Source of the DNA: Marsupella aquatica
Lineage: Eukaryota; Plantae; Marchantiophyta
Reading direction: 5' to 3'
NCBI GenBank assembly: GCA_973895155.1
Contig: OZ316893.1
Location: 21,870,955 to 21,934,954, forward strand
Length of the DNA: 64,000 nucleotides
Shown: positions 48,596-61,041 of the stretch, one piece after another
Numbering within the stretch: the first letter of the stretch is position 1
Layout: every line of letters begins with the position of its first letter
Position numbers and translations under genes: made by a program
Notes under the pieces: model-generated
What the model saw: only the letters and a program-made list of their open reading frames with translations
Databases searched by the model: none
Told to the model about the DNA's origin: nothing

Positions 48596-49852
48596 AAGAC
48601 CTCTGCGGATGAAACGGAGCAGCGTACTTCAATCAATCAATTTCACACACAATCCGTCCCAATTTGCTGAGGATACATACATTCATGGAGTTGTTCGGTA
48701 GCCACGCGAAGAGGAAGCTGTTTGTCCCTCCATCGTTCTTCAATTTGTCAGAACCGCAGCTCGTTTTCAAATTCCTAACAGACGTTTTCGTCAGCGGACG
48801 GAGGAGCTCCAACTGCTCCACGGAACGCCATGATCGCTCTGCGAACTGTGGAGCGATCCGATGATCTCGAGGAGCTGCGAGCCGACTGCTGAAACTCGGT
48901 GCATGGTTCGATGCGTTTGGCTCCTAGCTGATTATTACGGATTTGGGTGCGGTCGTCTCTTGTTGAACGAACAAATCCCTTATTCCCTTGATTTCCTTCT
49001 CTGCCGTAATCCGACAAACCTTTGATTAATTGAATATCTCGATAAGGTCCTCCATTTTGGACCCACTATAAGACTTTTCTTTTGGTCTTTTCTTGCGGTC
49101 AATTGTTTGTCTTGCAGTTTTTATTCAGCGCAGCTGTAGCCCAACCCCAATTTTATGAGATGCACAATAATGACCATTCAACACCACTGTAGCCCAAATT
49201 TATGAGATGCACAATAATAGAGAGTCTCAAAGTGTACAATTTGATGACCTTTACTCTCTAGTTATGGGTTATGAGATGACATGCACAATAGCAGGGAGTC
49301 TCAAAGTTTATAATTTGATGGACCTATACTCTCTAGTTATGGACACAAAAGGTTATGAACTACAAAATTCATACTTCATAACTTTTTGTCATAAAGATTG
49401 GTCTTATGCCATAACCATTAGAGGTTGGTGAAAGAAAATACAAAAAAAATACACAATCCTGTGAAAAAGTCATGACCTTTTGTTTATGACCAAATGTCAT
49501 GTCCTTAATTTCCAAGCTTTTGAGACTTGCTTTTCTTTTTACTTGTTGGGTGTTTGTCCTCTTTGGCCCTCTTTTTCTTTCCCTTCATTGTACCTGTTTA
49601 ATAAATTTTGGAGAAAGTTTTTCTTTTGAGACGCCCAATTGACCATTCCACACTACTGTAGCCCAATTTTATGAGATGCACAATAATGATATTTCAGCCA
49701 AATTTTTTGAGATGGGCAATAATGATCTTAGGGATTTATGATCTTGCCTGTTGTCGAACATTAGTGCAATGACCAGAAGTAGGAAGCTTTGGCAAGTCTG
49801 CCTCATAACCCGCCTCGTAACTGGTTTTCAAGGACTAAGGAGAGTGGTTATA

Positions 49853-50113
49853 GGGAGAGCGATGGGTTGGGGGCAGAAAAGGTGCTCAGCTGGTCTGCGT
49901 AGCAACTAGATTTCAAGGAGTGTAGCAGTTATTGGGAGTGTGATGGGTTGGGGGCAGACAAGGTGCTCCGGGCTGGTGTGCCTAGCAACTAGATTTCAAG
50001 GAGTGTAGTAGTTATTGGGAGAATGATGGTTGGGGGCAGAAGAGGTGCTCCAGCTGGTCTGCCTGGAAACTAGATTTCAAGGAGTGTGATGGGTTGGGGG
50101 CAGAAAAGGTGCA
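49853..50113. repeat. G-rich tandem repeat, ~80 bp x 3.3
   Basis: GATGGGTTGGGGGCAGA.AAGGTGCTC..GCTGGT.TGC.TAGCAACTAGATTTCAAGGAGTGT recurs. Confidence 0.9.
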
Positions 50114-53100
50114 CAATGAAACCTTTAGACCCAAGCCATGGTCAGAAAAAATGACACCATAATCAATTGGTCAGGGAGGCTAAAGACACAATATACAAAC
50201 TTTTTACAAGAAAGGACCAAACAGAGTACAAAAGAACAAACAAAAGATGGTCCAAGTGGACAAAACCAAACGCAAAAGAAGCGAGTTATAGGGAACCCCT
50301 AAAAACCAAGAAAAAGGAACTAAAACTAAGAAATGAGCAATAAGGAACCGCTAAAAACCATGCAAGAGGAACTAAAACTAACCCAAACAGATCGAGGTCC
50401 TCATCGTTCATAGCAAATGTGACAAAAAGCTAAAAGACAGATTGACATTTTGTAAACAGATCTTAAAAAATGGGAGTGCATATTGAAGTGTTTTGATTAT
50501 TAATTTTTCAGCTCTCCATTCTTTTCAGTCATGTTGAAGCATCATCTTCTTGACTAATTGTTGTGCATACAAAAACAAAACAAGATCAGTTCAATCCTAA
50601 CTTGCTCAAAAACAAACAAATCATATCCTGACAATCATCAGTTGACCAATTGCTCCGGTAGATTTTTATCTCTTCTGTTTTACTCTAAGTTTTTGAGGTT
50701 TGAGTTTGCCCTCTTCTTTTGAATTGGTGTTGGTCCTCTTCGACCCCTTTTGCTTTTTCTCCGTTGTCCTTTGTCTGGCCCTTTTCAGGAAATTGATTCT
50801 TTTTCTCAATTGCTGTGCAAACAAAAACAAAACAAGATAAGCAAAGACAGCTATAAGCTCCAATAGGATCTCCTTTTAAAACTTTCTTTACTCGTGTAGA
50901 TTTTTAAGCATCTACTCAAACTTTCAATCTAACTAGGATGACATCTTTATAGATATAGAGCACCGATTATGCTCACTTGGGTGAAGAAGTAAAGTTAGAG
51001 AGGCCCTACTTCTGTCTTGAGAATAAAAACGTTGGGGTTCAAAGATCAACAAACACGCAAAACAAGATCAGCCCTTTTTCAAATTGTGAGAATCATTTTT
51101 AAAAATGTGCCCCAGAACCCAGCAGAGATCCATCATCCATCCACAGACGGTCATCATCCTTGAACTAAAGAAGTCTGACCTAATGACCAGTATCAATACA
51201 AATACATCTTAATAAGACACACACGATTTAGTTATTGCTCATCTATATATCTTCTAATCTTCTCATTACTTTAATATGCAATCCTACCCAGCAATCGCCC
51301 ATGGTCTGTTTACAACTATATTTGGCTGGATACAATTTTGGCCATTGGATTTTAAAGGCAGGTTTTTGTGATTGTCAGATGGTAGAACATGGGGTTACAA
51401 AGCGGTGGCGAACACACAGTCGGCACAACCCCACACTGGAAATTGACTGGTCGGCGGCCATGTACACACATACAATTGGGAGGGGCTGGCGTGTGCTGGG
51501 CGATGTAGGATGGTCAAGTGTGGGTTCTTGGGGGAGTGAGTAATTACCAAAGGGTACTACTCCAGTGTACCCATAAGTATGATTGTAGGGGCATGCAGAG
51601 GCACACTCCGAGGGGGAGGGGAGAGTAAGAGAGGAGAAAGGAAGGAAAAGGCAGAAAAGTAAGAGGATGGAAAGAGGAGAAGGAAGAGGAGAGGAATGAG
51701 GAAGAAAGGGGGAAAAACAGGAGAAGAGAGAGGGGGAACAAAACAGGCTGTCAGAAGCCCTGGTCAGAAATTGTTCTGCCCAACACCCTTCCTTAAATGC
51801 CTCCCATAAATTGTATTGCTTTTTGCTCTTTCAATTCTTGCCAAAGCTCTTGCCCTAGTGTCACGCCAATTCTCCCTACTCAGCGATTTGCACTAGCCTT
51901 CATTCTATGTAGACTTTTACAAGAGCAAACAACACACACAACTACTTTTGTGGCCAAATACTTTTCACAAGGATACACTTTCTAGGATGACAGCACTTAT
52001 GTATTAATGGCAACATAACCTGTCTATTCTAATGCAACTCATGTGACTAGAACCCTTGCAATCATGATAATACTTCTTAACAACCACAAATTCCTAACAA
52101 CAACATAGCCATACAATGAGATGGTCACAATGACAAGTTATGCAACCAAAACATGACTGCACCAACAATTGTGCAATGGCCAGACATTGGGTTAGTCATG
52201 ACATGAAACCCATTAGGGCTTCTGAGAGGAACTAGTCGCTGTCAACAAGATTCAAAGGCACTCCATGCACATGAATCATCAACAATGTTGTATGGAAATA
52301 GAAAAGAACAAGTCAGGCCCAAGCCAAGTAAAACATATTCAAGAAAGTGATTCATGTGAAGCAAATCAGCCTCTAAATCAAAAACAACATTGTGAGTATC
52401 AAGTATATGGTAGGGCGCAACAAAGTAAGCAAGTGCCCGCCAATTACTAAGGTAGAAACATCCAGAGATAGAGTAAACACAAGACCAACATAGAGTGCAA
52501 CCAGACATTGACGATTTCATCCTAAATATATAGTGGAATCACATGAGTATGACTGCCACCCAAATGTGAGCCATCAATTTGATTTTTAAAATCCATCCAC
52601 ATGAGTGACTTCCAAAACCATTTCCAATGAGTGAAAATGAGCCAAACTTCTTATCTCTATGTTTTCACATTCAAACCCATGGGGCATGAGCTCTCTGTAA
52701 ATTTTCTGACATCTTGGGGAAAACATGGATAAGCTAAGCCTTCAGACAGTACAGACTGATATTCAGGATGCATTGAGGAAAAATCTTTTATGTGGCAAAC
52801 TGATATTCAGGTAAGAATAAACCACTTGGCTTGCCTATCATGATTATGCATCCTTCCAATTCCCCCTCCATGTGCAGGAGCATGGAGGATAAAGAGTTGG
52901 AGATTCAGGGCAAAGGATAATACTTATGAGCCTGGATACTCACTGCTCGCAGTCCTCTAACTTTGTCCACTGCCTGCAAAAAGTGAGCAACCATGAATAT
53001 TCCTAAGTGCCAAAAACACAGAATGAACCCCACTTTTGGGTGGGGATTGTGTCAAAAGAAAGTTACCAGATTCAAACTTCACACTTGCCTGGCCCCACTT

Positions 53101-53599
53101 TGCTTCTCTACCAGTACTCTTGAGTCTATTCCACGTTTAGCCTCATCTGCACCTTGTACTTATATATATAAGGGTTGGGCAATAGCCAATGGACAGGGGC
53201 TTCCCTAGTCACATGAGATTGTGCATTAATGGCATTGATATTGCCAATAGTACCAACTTGTTAGAGGCTCAGGCCATGCTCAAAGTCTGGAAATTGTGTC
53301 TGGTCTAACCTCTAAGTTCTCCTGGTACAAGACCATGTGATAGACATGTAGACATCCATGGCAATATAGAGGGTGGGGCATATAACACCAGGGTAGGGAG
53401 TGTGGATTCATCTTCAACCTTGTCAATTAGTCAATGCTGTTGTACAAGGGGTGGAAGGGGTGAGAGGGGATCTGTACTCCGTACCTGGTATTATAATTAT
53501 CCCTCACCCTCTATATCACCATAATTAAAGTAGGTTTCTCATTGGCTCCAACACTCTTAGAATTTTTTAACTCTTCACCACAACCCTAAACTCCCTACA

Positions 53600-55150
53600 T
53601 AACTTTGGAATTCCCTCTAAAAGTGGGGGTAAGAATAGGAAGTCAACCCTAAGTGAACCTTGTGCCCAAGTCGCGGAACTCGACTACCTTAACACTTAGC
53701 TCTAGCATTGTTGACTCCGACGTCGAGCTCCCCTATGGTCCAGGTCCGGAACGGCCATCCGGGAAGGACTTAGCATGGGGAGACTTGTGGGCAATGGTTC
53801 GTGGCACTGGCAAAGGCAAGATGTTGAGCTGGTGACACACACTAAGGACTTAGACTAGTTGAGGGCTGGTCGGGTCAAGGGGAAAGGGCCAGGCTCAAGA
53901 TTGATCATCCGGATCCCCGAACGGACTTTGAGTTCTAAGGGCTTGAGTGAGAGCTCCTCTTGGGCCCAAGGCCAATGAAGTTGACTCCATGGGCAACGGA
54001 TGCTTGGGGCACGAGTTATGGCCCGATCCGAGTTTGACCGATCGGTGGTCCCGGGCGACGATGGGATCTGAGGGCCTAGGCATGAGCATTGGGTCGGCCC
54101 AATCACAACGGGCTAAGGTAAACCGCTTACAAACGTCTAACTAAAAAGTTATGGGCATTGTCAATTGGTGGTGCGCCCATACATGCGGGTTGAGGTCCAG
54201 GTGGGGGGCCAAAGTTGGTCCGGGGTGACAGGTCTCTAGAAGCATATATGAGGGGAGTGATATCTCCTTGGGGGCTAAGGGCGAGCTGAAGTCGTGGGCC
54301 GCGGCAGTTGCGACACTAAGGGAAAACGTCAAATGATTGAAAACTTCTTGGGTGCGTTGGAAAACTCTCAAGGAGGGCTATGTCTTCTTGAGCTCAGCTG
54401 GGTCTGGGGGCACCATAGGTTCTCGGAGTTTGCGGGGGATATCTCACCCACTAACTTGCCAAATCTTGTCGAAACAGCAACCAAGCCGCGTCCAGTCTCT
54501 CAAGGGAGCTTGTGTTGGGGAGACAAGGCTAAGTATGCATGGAGGGTGAGTTCCAATTGAAGGCACTTGGCCCTAGACCATCAGTGGGCCGAGAACCGGG
54601 AGTTGGTCGCTAGATTCAGGGCCATTCTGGTGTTGGGACGAGCTTGGGACAAACTTTAGGATAAGCTACACTATTTGGGCCATGAGCTTGTCCTAGGGGC
54701 AGGGCGGTCAGTTGGTGATGGATAGATACGAGGGGGAATCCGGCTGCACCCAAGGAAAGAGCTATTATGGATGAACAGTGGGTGTCGGTTCTGGCTCTGA
54801 CTCATGGCATCGGGAGGACTTATCGCTGACCTACTTACCAATGTCTATTGAGCTTGAGTGAGAATGCTAGACTTTGGAGATCTAGATCCTGAGGGGTTAC
54901 TTACCGAGACGCTTGGTTGCTTGTTTAGACAATGAAGACTGTTGAGTAGCGGTCGAGTTGGAGAGCAAGTGAGGCTTCGTATGGGAGAGGCCACAAGCGG
55001 TTCAAAGGGCACTAGGTTGCTTGCTCAAGGTATTCCGTGGAGGCATTCAGGCACCAGGGGCACTTAGGCATGGGTGCTGGGATTGGTGAGGGCGTCGGGT
55101 GGCTAGGTCCACCACTGCCCATCTCCTAGGGATGATCAGGGTTGATTAGC
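53600..55150. mobile_element. Degenerate GC-rich sequence, probably a retroelement relic
   Basis: GC-rich block with no coherent ORF inside repeat-rich intergenic DNA. No diagnostic motif recognised. Confidence 0.25.
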
Positions 55151-56765
55151 TTTGCACTGTGCTTGTGTGGAAAATCAAAAGCTCAACTTACTGATACAAG
55201 AAACTTGAGGCTGAGACCAGTGAGGCACAGACTACCCAAAGAAGGAACCTAAGGGACAAAACCCTGAAAGCAACTCAAAAGAGAGTCCTCCCCCCTGCCC
55301 CCCAAAGAGGATCTAAACCACCAAGACCAGAGTGAATTGACTACTATTGAGAGCTTCAATGAAACTGAAGAACACTACGCAGCTAATCTATAGGAGAACT
55401 AATGAGAACTGCCCCCCCCCCCACACTTTTCCTCTGACAGAAGTGACGTACAATTTAGTCTATTCGACCTGTTTGTGAAATCCATGACTAAGCTTTTTCT
55501 TGCAGGGTTTGTGAAATTTCAGACAAAACACACCATCTCTACTAAGCACCTTAGCAAGGCATGAGTGATACCATTTTCTTCTCCTGACAACTCTTATTAG
55601 TATTATAAGTTTTGCAGCCAAATCAGGCCAAAAAAATGTTTTTAATTGGCACCACTCATGCTCGATCACTTACTTAGTTGATTTTACCAATAGGTCTATA
55701 AGGAGATCAAAATATTTGTTTTGCAAACCTTGTGGTCTCTTGGACTGTAGTAAATATCACAAAATTGGCCCTCCATCTATAAACCACTCTTATTTCAGCC
55801 CCTCTTTATTAAACTCTTTGCATTCCTTTTTGAAGTAATGAGATTTACTGCTCTTGTTTGTTGGAATACATACCGTCATCTGTTTCCAATGTTGATTAAG
55901 GAAAGTAGCTTTAGTTCACTTGAAACAATCTGGCCATCAACATCCGACAAGGTTTACCATCAAATGATCATCCCTGTCTCCTTCTGCAACCATCTCGGCA
56001 ACCATAACATGCTTTCCAAGACATTGGGTTGGATCGTTTACTTTTCTATCGTCACAACTCGCTCTGGCCCCTCATGGTTGGCTACCTCACTCCCCCATCT
56101 CCTGGTCAAGGGAGGTGAGGTGAAGTTGATGGTAATGACAACAGTTCAATGATGAAAACTTGCAGGATGTTGACTCTTGGATCATTCCAAACTGACTACT
56201 TGATTAATCAAAAGGTGGAAGAAGTTGCAAGATAGTACTTAAACTCAAAAGAATGAGAAATTATCTAATTCCTCCCCCGCCCCTGGCCCCCAATGAGTGT
56301 CATTTTATGTTAATATCCTTCATTATTATACTTTTTATAATAATGTGGGTGCTTCTATAGAGAAGAATGCACAGTTAATCCAGGTTTGGATAGTTACTGT
56401 ACATTATGAAACTTCTCCTCTACTTTTACTAAAAAACAGTAAGAAGAATCTTAGGCCTTTAAGTACATAAACGATTGTTTACAAGGCATAATGGACATTA
56501 AGAGCCCATCAAAACTTGAGTTGAAGTCCTTTTCTCTGGGCATTATGACTCACAATGCCTTGTATACAGGACCTTTCCCTTACACAAATCTCACTTTTGA
56601 AAAATGGAAAGGAAACCTGCTGTGAGGTTAGTAAACTAAGAAAAAACTGGCAATGTATCTAAGTGTTTCCATACTACCTTCCTTCTTTTGAGGAGGGGAT
56701 TTATTACAAAAAACACCTTAAATCCAAGAGAATGTAAACTAAAGCAAAACTTATCTGACCACATA

Positions 56766-57099
56766 ACAGCGCTTTATTAACCTGTCCCCTAAACTACCCA
56801 ATATTATTAACTTGTCCCCCAAACAAAATTAATTATCAACTTGTCCCCCATTTTGTATTTGGGTTAATAGTAACTTGTATATGGGTTCCCGTAGCCAAGT
56901 GAGGCCGATGTAGGGGGGCCAAGGGGTGCCGCGGTGGGCTCAGGCTATCCAGTAGCAACTTGCCATATGGTAATGGGAACCTCTATACATGTTAATATTA
57001 ATACAAATACAAAATGGAGGACATGTTGGTAATTAATTTTGTTTTGGGAGCACCTTAGCAATATTGGGTAATTTGGGGGACAGGTTAATAAAAAGTTGT
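56766..57099. mobile_element. Foldback MITE with ~125 bp inverted arms, TA at both flanks
   Basis: TTTATTAACCTGTCCCC..TACCCAATATT..ACAAAATTAATTA..CCATTTTGTATTTG..GGTTCCC is mirrored by GGGAACC..CAAATACAAAATGG..TAATTAATTTTGT..AATATTGGGTA..GGGGACAGGTTAATAAA. Confidence 0.85.
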
Positions 57100-57939
57100 A
57101 CCACATAAACAAAATTTAAAGATTGTATTCAGAATGCAATAATTAGACCAGATCCCTCCAATTACTGTCTATGCATCTATAGAAAATGTATAAAACTTCC
57201 CTAAATTCTAATTTTAACTTCTTATATGCTTTAGACCAATTGCATGGCAACAAATTGTAGCATGGCCCTTCAATCTATTTCAAAGGTTTCCTTTTTTTTG
57301 TTGGTCTGATCCCAAAAACTCACTACAAGGATGCAAAATCACTACGGATGCTAGTGTCCTAGTTACTGCATTGTGAGAATAAAGTCCCCAATAAAGCCCC
57401 TCAAAACTTGGATTTGTTTTTGGGGGGCAATATATCTCACAATGCCCTCAAACCAGTACATTATCTTATACATAATGTATGTAGTAAAGTTGGCATTGTG
57501 TGTCATACTGCCCCCAAAAGTGAGAGATTCGGCTTCATTTTTGAGAGACTGTTATTGCCCATAATGTTTCCGCAACATGATACTATTCTCGAGGTCCTAA
57601 GGTCCTATTCCAATTTCTATTGTTATTAGCATAAGTAGAAGAGAATATTTATAATTGGAGTTGATACAAATCTTGACTGTGCAATTTTCTTATTGCCCTG
57701 AGAATTACCAAGAGAAAATCACCAGGGGCAATAAATATGGTTAGAGAGACTACATTTTTCTCCAACATTGCCCTGAAAATTAAAAAAGAGAAAAACCATG
57801 GGACGTTTTTCTTCAATTTGCCCAAAAATAATCATGAGGCATTTTTTTTCCAATATTGCTATGAAAACTACAAAGAGAAAAACCATGAGGGGCAATAAAT
57901 TGTGGTTACTAATAGAGAGTAGAGGACAGAAAGCCTCCA

Positions 57940-58070
57940 GTGGCCTTGGTCAGGTGGTTAGGGGATTAGCCTACAATCAATGGGCTGTGGTTCAAACCCT
58001 CTCTCCCTCCTCCTCGTCTGGTCCTTGTGGCATCGGTATGACCCCCTTGTGGGCTACCCTTCACAGGTCC
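57940..58070 (+). mobile_element. tRNA-derived SINE-like head
   Basis: A-box-like TGGTCAGGTGGT and B-box GGTTCAAACCC at tRNA-like spacing, without a complete cloverleaf. Confidence 0.45.
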
Positions 58071-58076
58071 ATGCTC

Positions 58077-58460
58077 CCTCTCTTAAATGGGTCAACTTTA
58101 GATGCATGCTCCTGAGTTTATCCTCCATCCTCTCTTAGATGGGTCAGCTTCTAGGTGCATGCTCCTGAGTTACTCGTCTATTCTCTCTTAGATGGGTAAC
58201 TTTAGATGCATGCTAGTGAGTTAATCCTCTATCCTCTCTTAGATGGGTCAGCTTTAGGTGCATGCTCCTGAGTTAATCCTCTATCCTCTCTTAGGTGGAT
58301 CAGCTTTAGGTTTCAAGTCAGAAAAAATAAATTACCCTCCATTGTTAATCCTCTATCCTCTCTTAGATGGGTCAGCTTTAGGTTTCAAGGCAGAGAAAAG
58401 AAATACCCTCCATTGAGTTAATCGACTATCCTCTCTTAGATGGGTCAGCTTTAGGTTTCA
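58077..58460. repeat. Tandem array, 7 copies of a CTCTCTTAGATGGGTCAGCTTTAGGT core (period ~52 bp, then ~72 bp)
   Basis: Cores near 58077, 58130, 58183, 58234, 58286, 58358 and 58431. Confidence 0.92.
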
Positions 58461-58717
58461 TTGATCATTTTGTTCAGTATTTTATCGAATGCGTTGATGA
58501 AGGATTATGCAATTTCGATTTTGGACCACTACCTCCATTTATCTCTTCATCCCTCCTCCATGTCTAGAGCAGCGAAAGTGAAGCCTCTCGACGCTCCGTC
58601 GATCGTTTTTGTTCATTATTTTATCGATTGGACTGCGGAAGGAGTTGGCAATGCCAACTCCTCTTGTACCTGAGCTTCGATTCGATTCGATTCATCGCGC
58701 CATCCATACTGTACTGT

Positions 58718-58859
58718 AGAGAGCCGTGGAGAGAAAAACCTCGCAAGGTTTCATCCAGAGCTTCCCTGAAGTTCATTTACAGAAGCGAAGAGAGCCGTGG
58801 AGAGAAAAACCTCGCAAGGTTTCATCCAGAGCTTCCCTGAAGTTCATTTACAGAAGCGA
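58718..58859. repeat. Exact 71 bp tandem duplication upstream of eIF2B-delta
   Basis: AGAGAGCCGTGGAGAGAAAAACCTCGCAAGG...CATTTACAGAAGCGA x2. Confidence 0.95.
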
Positions 58860-59193
58860 GGACAGGGCTTCCAACTTCTGTGAATTTACGTCGGGCTGGC
58901 TCGCTCTACGTTATGCTCACACACGAACGGAGCTTTAAGCATTAAGCTGCTGTTGCTGCTTCCGTGAAGATCTTGTGGAGGAGTGAGGGACGTGGATTCC
59001 GACGTCTCCCGTCAATTTAGGTCAGGCAGATTCCGTGTTCGAGAAAGGAGCGCTGAATGGAAGCGGTGCTCTACATATCGAGCACTCGTTCGAGCGTTTC
59101 GAGTGAATGGGAAAGGAGCTGCGAGCAGCAAACCTAATTGGTAAGTTGAGCTGAGGCCATATACTTGTAAGGTGAGAAGGGAGGGGTTTAGGG

Positions 59194-61041
59194 ATGGACA
59201 GAAGAGGCCACCGAACTGTGATCGACCCGAAGGTGAGGCAGGTGGGGTTTGTGACGCCGGGGGCACCAGAATCTACGATCAAAGGAGGGGGTGGGAATGA
59301 AAAAGATGCCATAGCGTCCACTCCGGATGGGCTGGAGGCCAATTCTTCATCCCCGATGTTGATTCCTCCCGCCGGGATTGTTGTGCCCCCAACGACACCT
59401 CATGTGGCCTCGTCTTCTTCCGTGAGACAAACTCCTCCCATGGACGGCTCTGTTCCGGCTGATTCGGTCCCTGAGAGCTTGCCTAATAATACTCCATCGA
59501 GTCCAACCGGCAAGAGTTTGAATGCATCGGTTGTGGATAGGAAAGAAGGGCAGCAGCAGAAGGGGTTGAAGGAGAGGACTTCCAAGGCGGAGAGGAGAGC
59601 AGCTCAGGAGGCTCAGCGTGCTGCCAAGGCTGCAGCCAAAAGCGGTGCTGTAGTAGTAGGGAGCCAGCAGAATCAGTCAGCTTCAAAGGCTTCAGGCAAA
59701 GGTCCTGCTGGCACGCCCGTGGCATCCAAGGGTGGAGAACCGGAGGGTAGTGGCCATCAAGCTCCGAAGCCTCCAGTTGGTGGAAAGGAGGGGTCTCTCC
59801 ATAGGAAATCTTCGTCTATTTCAGACCAAAAGTCGGTATCAGAGAGCGTCAAATCTCAGGAGAAGAAGAAGAAAAAGGACATGCCTGCGCCTAGAATGCA
59901 ATTTGATGATGAGCAACAAGTGGAAAAGGCCAAAAAGCGGGCGCTAGTAGAGCAAACTGAGACGAAGAACAGGGTGGAGCTTTTCAGGCATTTGCCACAA
60001 TTCGTCCATGGGACCATGCTCCCTTCTCTTGAGGTCAAGTTTTTCAGAGAAGATATTTTGCATCTTCATCCGGCCATTTACAAGGCAGGGTTACAGCTCT
60101 TGACTGGCGATGTTGTGGGTGGGAATGCACGGTGTGTTGTCATGCTCTTGGCATTCAGAGAGATGATTGGGGACTATACTACTCCTCCAGGGAAAATTTT
60201 TGTCCGTGATTTGACTGTGAAAATTAATAGCCATGTGTCGTTTCTAGCTAATTGCAGACCGCTGGCTGTGAGCATGGGGAATGCAATCAAATTCCTCAAG
60301 TCGAGAATTGTCGATCTTGTCGGCACAATTCCAGATGCCGAGGCAAAGTCGACATTGATTGCGGAAATAAACCGCTTTATTCAGGAGCAGATAGTGTATG
60401 CTGATAAGGAAATCGTGAAGTATGCTGTGCAAAAGATCAGAGATGGAGACGTTTGTCTCACCTACGGATCATCCTCCGTTGTTGAAATGATCTTCGCCCA
60501 AGCGCATGAGGTTGGAAAGAGGTTTAGTGTTGTTGTGGTTGATTCAAGGCCGAAACTGGAGGGCGAAAGGCTGACGAGGAGGTTACTTCTGAAGGGCATA
60601 GACTGCACATATACTTATTTGAATGGGGTTTCCTACATTATGCAAGAAGTAACTCGAGTTTTTCTCGGTGCAGCTTCAGTATTGTCAAACGGAACTGTAT
60701 ATTCGAGAGTAGGGACAGCAAGTGTGGCCATGATGGCTCATGCTTACAGTGTACCGGTGATGTTCTGTTGTGAAACATACAAGTTTCATGAAAGAGTTCA
60801 ACTTGACTCTATAACTGCAAATGAGCTAGGTGATCCCAATGTTCTTGCCAAGGTACGGGGAAGATCGGAGCTGAAGGAGCTTAACGAGTGGGAAGATGAA
60901 AAACATTTGCAACTGTTAAATTTAATATACGATGCAACACCATCAGACTACGTATCTATGATCGTTACTGAGCTTGGGATGGTGCCCCCTACAAGTGTTC
61001 CAGTGATATTAAGAGAATACAGGAGGGAGCCTCCAATATGA
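59194..61041 (+). CDS. EIF2B4: Translation initiation factor eIF2B subunit delta, 615 aa, single coding exon
   Basis: MDRR..TVIDPKVRQVGF plant-type N-terminus, KAERRAAQEAQRAAK, VELFRHLPQ, HPAIYK, GGNARC, CRPLAVSMGNAI, VVDSRPKLEG, GTVYSRVGTA, CETYKFHERVQLDSI, YDATP, GMVPPTSVPVILRE. Confidence 0.96.
   Translation: MDRRGHRTVIDPKVRQVGFVTPGAPESTIKGGGGNEKDAIASTPDGLEANSSSPMLIPPAGIVVPPTTPHVASSSSVRQTPPMDGSVPADSVPESLPNNTPSSPTGKSLNASVVDRKEGQQQKGLKERTSKAERRAAQEAQRAAKAAAKSGAVVVGSQQNQSASKASGKGPAGTPVASKGGEPEGSGHQAPKPPVGGKEGSLHRKSSSISDQKSVSESVKSQEKKKKKDMPAPRMQFDDEQQVEKAKKRALVEQTETKNRVELFRHLPQFVHGTMLPSLEVKFFREDILHLHPAIYKAGLQLLTGDVVGGNARCVVMLLAFREMIGDYTTPPGKIFVRDLTVKINSHVSFLANCRPLAVSMGNAIKFLKSRIVDLVGTIPDAEAKSTLIAEINRFIQEQIVYADKEIVKYAVQKIRDGDVCLTYGSSSVVEMIFAQAHEVGKRFSVVVVDSRPKLEGERLTRRLLLKGIDCTYTYLNGVSYIMQEVTRVFLGAASVLSNGTVYSRVGTASVAMMAHAYSVPVMFCCETYKFHERVQLDSITANELGDPNVLAKVRGRSELKELNEWEDEKHLQLLNLIYDATPSDYVSMIVTELGMVPPTSVPVILREYRREPPI

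Noticed and set aside
57940-58005. Second tRNA gene
   Set aside because: A/B boxes are present but the acceptor and anticodon stems do not pair; treated as a SINE-like relic.
58077-58460. CRISPR-like repeat-spacer pattern
   Set aside because: The sequences between the cores are homologous to each other, so this is a tandem repeat.
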